DNA of 29,837 nt. It comes from Promethearchaeota archaeon (GTDB taxonomy: Archaea; Asgardarchaeota; Lokiarchaeia; Sigyniarchaeales; SOKP01). Position numbers and translations under genes: made by a program. This document shows, in pieces, positions 18,334-27,615 of this stretch (position 1 is the first letter of the stretch; each line of letters opens with the position of its first letter). The stretch covers positions 1-29,837 of the forward strand of contig SHMW01000052.1 in assembly GCA_008080735.1 (NCBI GenBank). The letters run 5' to 3'. The notes under the pieces are model-generated. The model was not told where the DNA came from. It ran no database searches and saw only the letters and a program-made list of their open reading frames with translations.

Positions 18334-19627
18334 TATAAATAAAATAGTATTGGATTATGGAACAGATGGCTTAGAAATAGCGATACAACCAGAATGGAAT
18401 GTAGATATTATTAAACCGAAACACCAACAGCCATTACGCAACCCAGTTGAGGGGATTAAACAAGCCTTAAAAAATCCCATTGGATCTGAATCATTAAGAC
18501 AAATTCTAAACAAGAAGCAAGATTTTAATAGAATTTGTATGGTTGTGAGTGATGCCACAAGACCTGTTCCCTCTCATCTCATTTTAAAGGCACTAATAGA
18601 AGAATTAAATGTGAATGGTGTAGAAGATAATAAAATTAATGTGTTAATTGCGACAGGATTACATCGAAAAACTAGACAAGAAGAAAAAGAACGAATTATA
18701 GGAAAAGAAATACTTAATCGAGTGAATGTAATTGATCATGTCGCAACTGACGATAACTCACTTATCCACTTGGGAAAAACTTCTGATAATGTGCCAATTT
18801 GGATAAACAAATTCTATTATGAAAGTGAAATAAAAATTCTTACCGGATATGTCGAACCGCACTTTTTCTTTGGGTTTTCTGGGGGGAGAAAATCATTAGT
18901 TCCTGGCATCGCGGGTAAGGAGACGATCCTTCAAAATCATTCCGCAGAAAACATCCATTCTCCATTTGCTCGATTTGGCGTTTATGAAAAAAATCCTATG
19001 CATAAAATCTCAATGGAGATTGCTGAGAAAATAGGGATTGATTTTGTTATTAATGTATGTATAAATGAAAAGCATCAAATAACAAAGGTTATTGCGGGAA
19101 ATTATAAAAAAGCACATGAAATTCTCGTAGAATTTCAATTAGAGAAGGTGTTTAAGGAAATAGATGAACCCTATGATATTGTTATTTGCGGAAACGGGGG
19201 ATATCCATTAGACTTAAACCTCTATCAAGCAGTAAAAAGTATGGCAATCGGAGAGATGGCGGTAAAACACGGAGGAACAATAATTTCTGTGAACGAATTA
19301 TCTGACGGAATAGGGGTCGGACAAGATAATTTTAGGGATTTAATCTATTCGGGTATGACTCCCAAACAGATTTATGAGAAGACTCTGAATAATGAGATTA
19401 TAGTACCTGATGTGTGGGAAATTATGGTTTTAGCACGAGTTCTCATGAAAGCAGAAGTCTATGTCATATCCGAATTAAAAGAAAAAGATCTTGGAAATAT
19501 TGGTTTAAAATATGCTAAAACTGTAGTTCAAGCAATCGAAAAGGGATTAGAAAAACACGGAAAAGACTCCAAGATTCTAATTTTACCTAATGGACCGCAA
19601 ATTCTGCCTACTATTGTAAATACTTGA
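18326..19627 (+). CDS. larA: Nickel-pincer-dependent lactate racemase LarA family
   Basis: VVSDATRPVP, IATGLHR, DHVA, VEPHFFFGFSGGRKS..PG, GGYPLDLNLYQAVK; overlaps the upstream gene. Confidence 0.92.
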   Translation: MNDINKIVLDYGTDGLEIAIQPEWNVDIIKPKHQQPLRNPVEGIKQALKNPIGSESLRQILNKKQDFNRICMVVSDATRPVPSHLILKALIEELNVNGVEDNKINVLIATGLHRKTRQEEKERIIGKEILNRVNVIDHVATDDNSLIHLGKTSDNVPIWINKFYYESEIKILTGYVEPHFFFGFSGGRKSLVPGIAGKETILQNHSAENIHSPFARFGVYEKNPMHKISMEIAEKIGIDFVINVCINEKHQITKVIAGNYKKAHEILVEFQLEKVFKEIDEPYDIVICGNGGYPLDLNLYQAVKSMAIGEMAVKHGGTIISVNELSDGIGVGQDNFRDLIYSGMTPKQIYEKTLNNEIIVPDVWEIMVLARVLMKAEVYVISELKEKDLGNIGLKYAKTVVQAIEKGLEKHGKDSKILILPNGPQILPTIVNT

Positions 19628-19870
19628 GTGAACTACAAACCCCCTCAAGGGGGTGGCTTCAACCATTCGGCTAGGCCTTTGCGACGCTAACTTCAATCGA
19701 TTGTTCGGGGCATTCACGGGTCCCCCATCCCAGCGAACTCGTTATCCGCTGAGCTATGTTGATGGCAGCATTCACGTCTCTATCGTAGGTGAGCCCGCAC
19801 CGAGAACACTCATAATTGCGATGAAAGCCCACCTTATTTAAGGTGCCACAGCGGTGGCACTCCTTAGAGG
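19608..19870 (-). ncRNA. Putative TnpB omega-RNA (reRNA) scaffold plus flanking guide
   Basis: Position matches the known omega-RNA location (tnpB 3' end to right end, guide from the flank); hairpins at 19843-19860 and 19639-19654. The 5' end and expression are unknown. Confidence 0.5.
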
Positions 19871-19915
19871 TATTAAGGGATCTTATCCCTTAAGGGATGA
19901 GTTTTCTCGCATTTT
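19628..19915 (-). mobile_element. Non-autonomous, internally deleted IS200/IS605-family (tnpB) element (MITE/PATE-like)
   Basis: GC-richer island. Minus-strand right end GAAGCCACCCCCTTGAGGGGGTTTGTAGTTCAC (hairpin 19639-19654, terminal TCAC at 19628). Left-end palindrome ATCCCTTAAGGGAT at 19885-19898. A tnpB 3' fragment lies between them. The left boundary is uncertain by a few bp. Confidence 0.88.
19671..19877 (-). pseudogene. tnpB: tnpB 3' fragment (Zn ribbon + RuvC III)
   Basis: Manual translation: LNTSKECHRCGTLNKVGFHRNYECSRCGLTYDRDVNAAINIAQRITSSLGWGTRECPEQSIEVSVAKA*. No start codon; the rest of the gene is missing. Confidence 0.9.
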
Positions 19916-20261
19916 CAATGATAAATTATAACAAAAATTGATGTATTTAAATCTATAATGTATAACTAAATATGATGATTCCTTTATGGGTTATATCATT
20001 AACACAATTATCTCCATTTCAATCCGTGATAGGGGATATAACATTTTAAAAATCATAAAAGTTTTAAATAATAGTGTATCTTAAAAAGGTTTATGCAGTC
20101 TTTGGTAAAGTAGAAGCAAATCTTTTCGTTACCAAAATTGTCGACATGAATTTTTCTTTATTGCATTCGAACTTTCTGATGTGTGAAAGTAGATAATGGA
20201 AAAGTAGACCAAGATCAAGATCATTATTTTTCAAAAAGTAAAAAATTATGGATATAAAAAA

Positions 20262-21191
20262 ATGACTAAGAATTATAAGGAACGTCTAAAAAGCAAAAAT
20301 GATGGAGTTCTGGAAAAGCATGAACCAGTCAAGTGCTGTGAGAATCCCTGTATTGAATCCCGAGATGGCGATCATGTATGTTTGAATTGTGGTATGATTC
20401 ATTCTCGAAATCTTGTTGGGAACGAGCGAAGAGCATATACAGCTGAAGAAGTTAATAAAAGGAGAAGGACCGAGCCCCGTTGGCGAGAATTTGGGCCACG
20501 TACAATGCTCCCTAATTCTAAAACTGATTCAAAAGGACGCCTAATTGGAGCAAAAGGGAAAACTTTATTCTCTCGCTTATCGAAAATACAGAATTCATTA
20601 ATTTCAAGTATCGAACGGAACTTCTGGGAAGCGAAACCTAAATTAAAAATGCTTAGTTCGAAATTAAACACTCCAGAGTATATAAAAGAAACCGCATGGA
20701 AAATTTATTCTGTTGTAGCAAAAAAGAAACTTACAATGGGTAGATCTATTGATGGGTTTATCGCAGCTGCTTTATATGCCGCAATCCGAGTTCATGAATT
20801 TCCGCGCTTAATGGAAGAGGTATGTGAAGCGGCAATGACCCCAAGAAGGACAGTCCATCGATCTTTGGCTATGATTGTAAAAGATGTACTTCCCATGCTT
20901 GGACTTAAATATAAGCCCATTACTGCTGAACAACTCGTCTTTCGATTCGGAAATGATTTAAATCTACCGATGGAAGTTCAGAAAAAGGCAATTGGATACT
21001 TAATAAATGCTTCTAAAAATGGTCTTATGAGAACCGGTAAAGACCCTAAAGGGCTCGCAGCAAGTGTTATATATATGGCAGCGAAATCAACTAGTTTAAG
21101 AAAAACCCAAGCAGAAGTAAGCGAAATTGCGAGGATTACTGAAGTTACCCTAAGAAGCCGTTCAAAACAAATTAAAAGTCGATTACATTAA
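20262..21191 (+). CDS. tfb: Transcription initiation factor IIB (TFB) family protein
   Basis: N-terminal Zn ribbon CCENPC...VCLNCG; two cyclin repeats (GRSIDGFIAAALYAAIR; GKDPKGLAASVIY); C-terminal HTH TQAEVSEIARITEVTLRSR. Confidence 0.95.
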   Translation: MTKNYKERLKSKNDGVLEKHEPVKCCENPCIESRDGDHVCLNCGMIHSRNLVGNERRAYTAEEVNKRRRTEPRWREFGPRTMLPNSKTDSKGRLIGAKGKTLFSRLSKIQNSLISSIERNFWEAKPKLKMLSSKLNTPEYIKETAWKIYSVVAKKKLTMGRSIDGFIAAALYAAIRVHEFPRLMEEVCEAAMTPRRTVHRSLAMIVKDVLPMLGLKYKPITAEQLVFRFGNDLNLPMEVQKKAIGYLINASKNGLMRTGKDPKGLAASVIYMAAKSTSLRKTQAEVSEIARITEVTLRSRSKQIKSRLH

Positions 21192-21317
21192 CCAAAATTT
21201 TCTCAAGCCACCTTGTACACTTTTACCTTTTCCTAGGTTTTTAAAATCTTATTGAGATTCAATTTCTTCTTAAGGATGATTTAAATAAGAATAAATAGTA
21301 TATTTATTACTAAATTT

Positions 21318-22061
21318 ATGATGTCTTATATTGAGAAAAAATATCTAAAAAAAATCTATGATACATTTGAAGATCTTTCTGGGATTGATAAAAAATTGTT
21401 AGAACTCATTGAGTATAGGTCATTTAATAAAGCTGACGAGATAGCAAAAAGTTTAGCGAATTTAAATAAAAAGATGAATCTTATCCTCAAACAATATTAC
21501 CCTGAGATAAAAGAGATTGATGAAAAATTGAAGATAAAATCAATAATGAAGTTCTATTACGATTTATTAGATAAATTGACAGATTTTATTCGAAATGTAG
21601 AAACATTTCAGAACATTGATGATAAATATTATCAATCTCTCATCGATTTTATTCATGAAAAAGAAGATCTGATTGACACCAAATATAAAGGAATCGCTAC
21701 AAGAGAATTAACAAGTTTTTATGACAAGAAGTCCCGTGAGAATTTAGAGAAAATATTAGAATCAAAATTAAAATTAAGGGATAGAGAATTCTTTACCTTT
21801 GGATCATTGGAAGAAGAGATAAAAAAGATCGCGAAATTGAATGGTGCTGATTCTATTAGCATTAACAAACCAGAAATATATGCATCGGAGAAGCTGAAAA
21901 ACATGAATACAGCAATTAGATTCGAAAGAAACGATAGGAATAGACAAAAAATCGAACAAATAGGGAAAGCTCTAAATATCTATTTACAAGCTAAAGGATA
22001 TAGAGTTGTTTTAATTGAAAAAAATCTTCTTCTTACAAATGCACCCTTACTGCAAGATTAA
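21318..22061 (+). CDS. Hypothetical protein (helical/coiled-coil N-terminus, small alpha/beta C-terminal domain)
   Basis: 247-aa Lys/Glu-rich ORF with the same AT-rich coding style as its neighbours. Confidence 0.8.
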   Translation: MMSYIEKKYLKKIYDTFEDLSGIDKKLLELIEYRSFNKADEIAKSLANLNKKMNLILKQYYPEIKEIDEKLKIKSIMKFYYDLLDKLTDFIRNVETFQNIDDKYYQSLIDFIHEKEDLIDTKYKGIATRELTSFYDKKSRENLEKILESKLKLRDREFFTFGSLEEEIKKIAKLNGADSISINKPEIYASEKLKNMNTAIRFERNDRNRQKIEQIGKALNIYLQAKGYRVVLIEKNLLLTNAPLLQD

Positions 22062-22130
22062 AGAAGCCTAATAGTTTTTTAGAAACGCACAAAATTATTA
22101 ATTTTTGCTTAATTAATCCATTTGATTAAC

Positions 22131-23606
22131 ATGACAGATCAAGATGATACTCCACAAACGGGTATAACAGTCTCAAAAGAAGAAGATTTTTCAGAATGGT
22201 ACACCCAAATACTCACAAAAGCAGATCTGGCGGATATTAGATATAATGTAAAGGGTTTCGTGGTATACCGCCCATGGGCGACTATATCCATAAAAAAAAT
22301 GTATCGAAAATATGAAGATTTGCTTGAGCAAAATGGACATTTACCGTTAGTAATGCCCTCTGTAATTCCTGAACGAAATTTCCAAACAGAAGCAGAGCAT
22401 GTAGAGGGATTCGCCCCAGAAGTATTTTGGGTATCTGAAGTGGGTTCTGAAGGAGAACGTCTTAATGAACGATTAGCATTGCGTCCTACAAGTGAAACTG
22501 CTCTCTATCCGATGTATAGTTATTGGATTCGTAGCTATAACGATCTACCCTTCAAGCGATACCAGTCTTGTCAAGTATGGCGATATGAGGGAAAAATGAC
22601 TCGGCCTTTCTTTAGAGGACGTGAATTTCATTGGATTGAGGCGCATAATGTATTCGCAACTATGGAGGATGCAAAGGAACAGGTAAAAGAAGATATGCAG
22701 ATGACCTATCAGATGCTTCAAGATGAATTCTGTATCCCAATTATATTCTTCCAACGTCCAGAATGGGATAAGTTTCCAGGAGCTGTGCATACATATGCCG
22801 CTGATGCGCTAATGGGATCTGGAAAAGTCTTACAATTGCCATCAACCCATTTACTCGGCCAAAATTTTTCGAGACCGTTTAATGTAAGCTATATTGATGA
22901 AGACGGGCAAGAAAAATATGGATATATTACTTGTTATGGGCCCGCGATCTCGCGAATCTATGGGGCAATGATTTCTTATCTCGGTGATGATAAAGGACTA
23001 ATCTTACCTTATGATCTTGCCCCAGTGCAAATAGTTGTTGTTCCTATAATTTTCAAAAACAAGGAAAAGATAGTCCTTGATAAGGCTTATGAACTTCATG
23101 AAAAACTAAAAGAGACTTATAACATTCGATTAGATGATTCGGAAGATTCTCCCGGTCAAAAATTCTATTTCTGGGAGATGAAAGGAGTTCCATTCAGGAT
23201 AGAGATTGGCCCAAGAGACATTAAAAAAGAACAGGTTGTAATCGTTCGACGATATGACGGAGAAAAGTTTTTTGTCAAAGAAGACCAATTAGAAGCAAAA
23301 TTGGCGGATTTAGCTTCCAAATATACTAAGGAACTCTGGAAAAAAGCGTTTATTGATTTTGAAAGTGAAATTGAGGTAGCTTATGAAATTGATTCAGCAA
23401 AAGAGGCAATTGAAAACGGAAAAATTGTTGCGTGCGGTTTTTGTTCCATAGATAAAGACGGAGAGCGATGTGCTGAGGTTATAGAGAAAGATGTGGGAGC
23501 ATTTGTAAGAGGCAAGAGGGTAGATGAAGAAAAGCACGACTTCGCTACTTGTCTCGTGTGCAACAAACCAGCCAGCTGTACAGTATACTTAGCGAAAAGC
23601 TATTAA
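22131..23606 (+). CDS. proS: Proline--tRNA ligase, archaeal/eukaryotic type
   Basis: DFSEWY, EAEHVEGFAPEV, LRPTSET, VWRYE..TRPFFRGREF, HLLGQNFS, WEMKGVPFRIEIGPRD, C-terminal Zn site and AKSY end. ATG 22131 is preferred to TTG 22122. Confidence 0.97.
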   Translation: MTDQDDTPQTGITVSKEEDFSEWYTQILTKADLADIRYNVKGFVVYRPWATISIKKMYRKYEDLLEQNGHLPLVMPSVIPERNFQTEAEHVEGFAPEVFWVSEVGSEGERLNERLALRPTSETALYPMYSYWIRSYNDLPFKRYQSCQVWRYEGKMTRPFFRGREFHWIEAHNVFATMEDAKEQVKEDMQMTYQMLQDEFCIPIIFFQRPEWDKFPGAVHTYAADALMGSGKVLQLPSTHLLGQNFSRPFNVSYIDEDGQEKYGYITCYGPAISRIYGAMISYLGDDKGLILPYDLAPVQIVVVPIIFKNKEKIVLDKAYELHEKLKETYNIRLDDSEDSPGQKFYFWEMKGVPFRIEIGPRDIKKEQVVIVRRYDGEKFFVKEDQLEAKLADLASKYTKELWKKAFIDFESEIEVAYEIDSAKEAIENGKIVACGFCSIDKDGERCAEVIEKDVGAFVRGKRVDEEKHDFATCLVCNKPASCTVYLAKSY

Positions 23607-23686
23607 ATCCCATAATTATATCACATAGAAGAAATTGACCTATATATGTTTACATAAAGTAATTGCTCTTTTTAACTAAGCGAATT

Positions 23687-23869
23687 ATGAATGATAGGGT
23701 CGAAAAAAGACTTCATAGGGTAAAAATTCAGCTTAAAGGTGCTGATATCAAATGCCCTTATTCGAATGAATGCGGAAAAAGCATTGATGGAAAACGTTGT
23801 AATAAGTTCTATAAAAAATGCGCAATCTATATACAAGAGGAAATGAATAAATCCTTCAAGCAATCTTAA
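23687..23869 (+). CDS. Small four-cysteine protein (C-x5-C-x8-C-x6-C), putative metal-binding
   Basis: 60 aa from ATG 23687: ...KCPYSNECGKSIDGKRCNKFYKKCAIY...; co-oriented with both neighbours. Confidence 0.6.
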   Translation: MNDRVEKRLHRVKIQLKGADIKCPYSNECGKSIDGKRCNKFYKKCAIYIQEEMNKSFKQS

Positions 23870-23973
23870 TGGTATATAATGGTATTTTAAACCAAATAAA
23901 AAATAGATCCTTTTATATCAATGAAGAGATTAATTTTTAATTAATGAACATTATATTCTGCTAAATATAAATA

Positions 23974-24774
23974 ATGAGCATGGATACACAGAAAATTAAG
24001 GAAATCTTTAAAAAATATTCTGGAGTATTTTTAATAGTTAGTATTATTCTCACATTCCTTATTATTGGATTTTTAGGCATTAATTTTGGTCAATGGCTTG
24101 CTAATTTGGTTTTCGAGTTCTATAATCTCTCTGGTGAATTTGGTATCTATATTGGAGTATTTTTGATTAGTATATTCGGGAATTTTACAATAATTTTCCC
24201 TGTTCCCTATGTAATAGCATTAATCGTGATCTCTGCCGTCATAGGCTTTCCAGGAGTTAACCCTATCTTTTTGGGATTAGTCGGCGCATTAGGTGCTAGT
24301 ATAGGGGAAGTGACCGCATGGTTAATTGGGAGAGGCACTCAAAATGCATTTAAGGATAGTGAAAGAATGAATAGAATGAAGAGCTATGTAGAAAAAGGCT
24401 GGGCTCCAATATTGATCTTTATTTTTGCAGCAACCCCTCTCCCTGATGACGCTTTTCTAATAGTCTTAGGGCTCGCAAGTTATAGCATAATTAAGACTCT
24501 CATATTCTGCTATATAGGGAAATTCGTGTTATGTTTTCTATGCTCGGCCTTACCCATCTGGTTAGCAGGAACCCCATTGGGTGATCTCTTGTTCGGATTA
24601 TTTGGAATAGATCTTAGTGCTGCGCAGAGTGGTGTAATTCCCGCAAGTACCCCATTAGAAATTATTTCAAGTTCTATCACATGGGCAGTAACAATCATAA
24701 TTGTATTTTTACTTGTATATGTTGATTGGGGAAAATTGCTAAATAGACTATTTAAATCGAAAAAAGATGAATGA
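23974..24774 (+). CDS. DedA/VTT-domain (SNARE-associated family) membrane protein
   Basis: FLISIFGNFTIIFPVPY, GALGASIGEVTAWLIGRG, FIFAATPLPDD, CYIGK. Confidence 0.88.
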   Translation: MSMDTQKIKEIFKKYSGVFLIVSIILTFLIIGFLGINFGQWLANLVFEFYNLSGEFGIYIGVFLISIFGNFTIIFPVPYVIALIVISAVIGFPGVNPIFLGLVGALGASIGEVTAWLIGRGTQNAFKDSERMNRMKSYVEKGWAPILIFIFAATPLPDDAFLIVLGLASYSIIKTLIFCYIGKFVLCFLCSALPIWLAGTPLGDLLFGLFGIDLSAAQSGVIPASTPLEIISSSITWAVTIIIVFLLVYVDWGKLLNRLFKSKKDE

Positions 24775-25672
24775 ACAGTTTATTAAAAAAATCTCCGATG
24801 ATTTGGAAGGAGTTTTTTTTCTAGAAGGTGCTCTAGACGGAAAATACCCTTTCTCTCACTCTCTTTTAATAAATAATACTCTCATTGATACGGGGATCTC
24901 TACAAAGTTTCTCAGAAAGCTGAGGAGAACCCATACGGTTAATAAGATCCTTTTATCTCATTGGCATGAAGACCATATAAGCGGAAATAGAATTTTTTCA
25001 GATAGAGAATTCTATTCTCATCCCTCTGACCGGCTTCTCATTGAAAATACATCCAAAATGATTGAATATTACGATTGTGTGGGTTCAGATTTTGAAGATG
25101 AGTTTAGAGATATATTAGAATCTTTAAGAATGGAAAATGTTCAAGTATCTGGAGAACTCATAGATTGTCAAAATATCTCTATAAATGGTATGTATAATCT
25201 GAAAGTTATCCATACCCCAGGGCATACGGCGGGACATTGTTGTTTCTATGAACCGCATTTTAAATTTGCCTTCTTAGCCGATATTGATCTTTCAAGTTTT
25301 CCATTTTATGGCGGTATAGACTCTAATCTTATTAAATTTGAAGAATCCATTGAAAAAATCAAAGAGTTGGACATTGAAATTGCAATTACAGGGCATAAAG
25401 GTGTTATTCAAGGAAAGGATACTATATCCCAAAAACTTGAAAGATTTAAAAAAGTTCTTGAAGAAAGAGATGAGCGGATTCTTGAGTTATTGAGCGAGAA
25501 AAAACCCATCAAGGCAACGGAGCTGATTGATATGAATATAATATATACTCGATATTCCCATTTTAAAGATTATGAGCTCATCGCGGAAAAGGTAATGATA
25601 AAAAATCATTTAGAGAAATTCTTGAAAAATAATATGATTGAAAAGGAAGATGATGGATATGTATTGGTTTAA
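24767..25672 (+). CDS. Metallo-beta-lactamase-fold hydrolase with C-terminal winged-helix-like domain
   Basis: LIDTG, SHWHEDH, HTPGHTAGH, ADID, TGH; 8-bp overlap with the upstream gene. Confidence 0.92.
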   Translation: MNEQFIKKISDDLEGVFFLEGALDGKYPFSHSLLINNTLIDTGISTKFLRKLRRTHTVNKILLSHWHEDHISGNRIFSDREFYSHPSDRLLIENTSKMIEYYDCVGSDFEDEFRDILESLRMENVQVSGELIDCQNISINGMYNLKVIHTPGHTAGHCCFYEPHFKFAFLADIDLSSFPFYGGIDSNLIKFEESIEKIKELDIEIAITGHKGVIQGKDTISQKLERFKKVLEERDERILELLSEKKPIKATELIDMNIIYTRYSHFKDYELIAEKVMIKNHLEKFLKNNMIEKEDDGYVLV

Positions 25673-25815
25673 AAAGAATTCTTTCTAGGTTGTGGTTCAA
25701 GCGCTTTATCTGTCCATATTAAATCTGGCTCAACCGCAACAGCTCCATGAATCGTAGCATATAGCGTATAGGCAACATTATCTGTATCTGTTTCACGTAT
25801 TTTTTCCGTATTCAT
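25669..25815 (-). pseudogene. Possible remnant of a TetR-family C-terminal domain (48-aa ORF)
   Basis: MNTEKIRETDTDNVAYTLYATIHGAVAVEPD... resembles the TetR C-terminal 'G.IR..D....A..L....HG' pattern; no HTH is present. Confidence 0.3.
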
Positions 25816-25978
25816 AGTTTTGCATGGCTTTTTTCAGATATTTTATTCTATAATATTTTTATCTTAGAGACATTGGTAAAGATTTCATTAATATTTAGGT
25901 AAACTGATTTAAAACCAATTAAAACCAAACTCATTCATTATTTTTTTTATATAAATACAAAAAGGTGTAAATAATATT

Positions 25979-27598
25979 ATGGAGGTACCAAAACTTACGT
26001 TATTATGGAAATATATAGATTATTGGGCAGAGAAAAAACCAGATTATCCAATGATTAGGTTTAAGAAAAAGGTAATCACGGCTAAAGAAGTGAAAGAAAA
26101 CTCAGATCAGCTTGCGAAAGCTTTATTAGATATGGGGGTTGAAAAAGGAGACACAATCGCAACCGTTATCGCCACTACACCAGAATTCATTTATAGCTAT
26201 ATAGCCTCAAGTATAATCGGAGCAATAATAGTACCGATGGACAAGGAGTATAAAACTAAAGATTTTGAAAGTCTGATTCCACATACAGGACCAAAAGTAA
26301 TTATAACAATGAAAAAGTGGGAGAAAAATAAAATTGCGGACAATCTAATGGAATTAAAGTATCAATTTGGAGAAATTGAGTATATCACAATTGGAGAGCA
26401 TGAATTAGGTGTCTCTTTAGAGGAAATTATGAAAAATGACTATAGTAATGAAGAGGAATTGGCGAAAGCTAAAAAAAATTTAGATGAGGAAGACTGTTTA
26501 ATGATAATATGGACTGGAGGGACCACAGGTGCACCAAAAGCGGTTGAATTGACAAATAAAAATGTTATTGAGATGAGTATATTAGAATTTGAAAAGATAA
26601 ATGACGATTTTAAAAAAGTTGGATATGATATTGAGGAGGAAAATTTAAAATTTCTTGTAAATATGCCCACAAGCCATGTCGGTGGTACTATTGAACTTTT
26701 AACGACGGGGTTGATTCATGGTCTTGAGATGATTGTTCAAGCGTCTTGGTCCCCATGGGATACTTTAAAAGCGATGCAAAAATACGATATCCCCTTTATG
26801 GGTGGTGTCCCGACAATGTTTAAAATTTTACTTTCAATTCCAGATCTCGATAATTATCACCCAAAGAACCACCTGAAATTAGTCGTCCTCTCAGGTGAAA
26901 AAGTCTCTGCTGATCTTTTAAGAGATATTTCAGATCGTATATGTGAGAACATACTCATTGGATATGGAAGTACGGAAGCAGGAGCAGAAGTCACATTTAC
27001 CGATTTGGAGGATGAATTTGCCAAAATTGCCGAAGGATATATTGGAAAACCTTTACCGGGTATTTCTATTAAAATTATTGATTCTGATGGAAATGAACTT
27101 CCCGCGGGTGAGAAGGGAGAAATTATAGTAAAGGGCGCGGTTACAAGTAAATCTTATTATAAAATGTCTGAAAAAACAAAAAATGGATTCACAAATGAAG
27201 AGTATTGTAAAACAGGTGATATTGGATATATGGACGAAAAAGGAGGGGTCTATATCAGTGGTCGCATAAAAGAAATTATCCGAGTGGGTGGATATACAGT
27301 ATTCCCCCCCGAAATAGAATCATTGTCCCTAGAACATCCTAAAATAGCGATTGCTGCTGCTCTTGGAGCTCCAGACAAAATTCATGGTGAAGTAGTCTGG
27401 CTTGTGGTTGGTCCCGAATTGGGGAAAAAATTCACAGAGGAAGATAAAGAAGAACTGATGGAGTCTTTAAGACAAAATCTTGCCAAATTCAAAGTTCCAA
27501 AAAAAATAATTGTATATCCTCTTGATCCTAATGATTTACCAATTACGAGATTGGGTAAAGTAGATCGAAAAAGATTAAAGAAAGAATTAATAGAATAA
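25979..27598 (+). CDS. Acyl-CoA synthetase (class I adenylate-forming enzyme)
   Basis: IIWTGGTTGAPKAV, GYGSTE, KTGDIG, GRIKEII..GG..VFPPEIE, GKVD. Confidence 0.95.
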   Translation: MEVPKLTLLWKYIDYWAEKKPDYPMIRFKKKVITAKEVKENSDQLAKALLDMGVEKGDTIATVIATTPEFIYSYIASSIIGAIIVPMDKEYKTKDFESLIPHTGPKVIITMKKWEKNKIADNLMELKYQFGEIEYITIGEHELGVSLEEIMKNDYSNEEELAKAKKNLDEEDCLMIIWTGGTTGAPKAVELTNKNVIEMSILEFEKINDDFKKVGYDIEEENLKFLVNMPTSHVGGTIELLTTGLIHGLEMIVQASWSPWDTLKAMQKYDIPFMGGVPTMFKILLSIPDLDNYHPKNHLKLVVLSGEKVSADLLRDISDRICENILIGYGSTEAGAEVTFTDLEDEFAKIAEGYIGKPLPGISIKIIDSDGNELPAGEKGEIIVKGAVTSKSYYKMSEKTKNGFTNEEYCKTGDIGYMDEKGGVYISGRIKEIIRVGGYTVFPPEIESLSLEHPKIAIAAALGAPDKIHGEVVWLVVGPELGKKFTEEDKEELMESLRQNLAKFKVPKKIIVYPLDPNDLPITRLGKVDRKRLKKELIE

Positions 27599-27615
27599 AA
27601 AGAAGAGGATCAAAA

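Noticed and set aside
19653-19841. 62-aa plus-strand ORF after larA
   Set aside because: Antisense to the tnpB fragment; no independent support.
19628-19915. GC-rich structured island as a tRNA/rRNA or host ncRNA
   Set aside because: Fully explained by IS200/IS605 ends plus tnpB coding sequence; no cloverleaf or T-loop motif seen.
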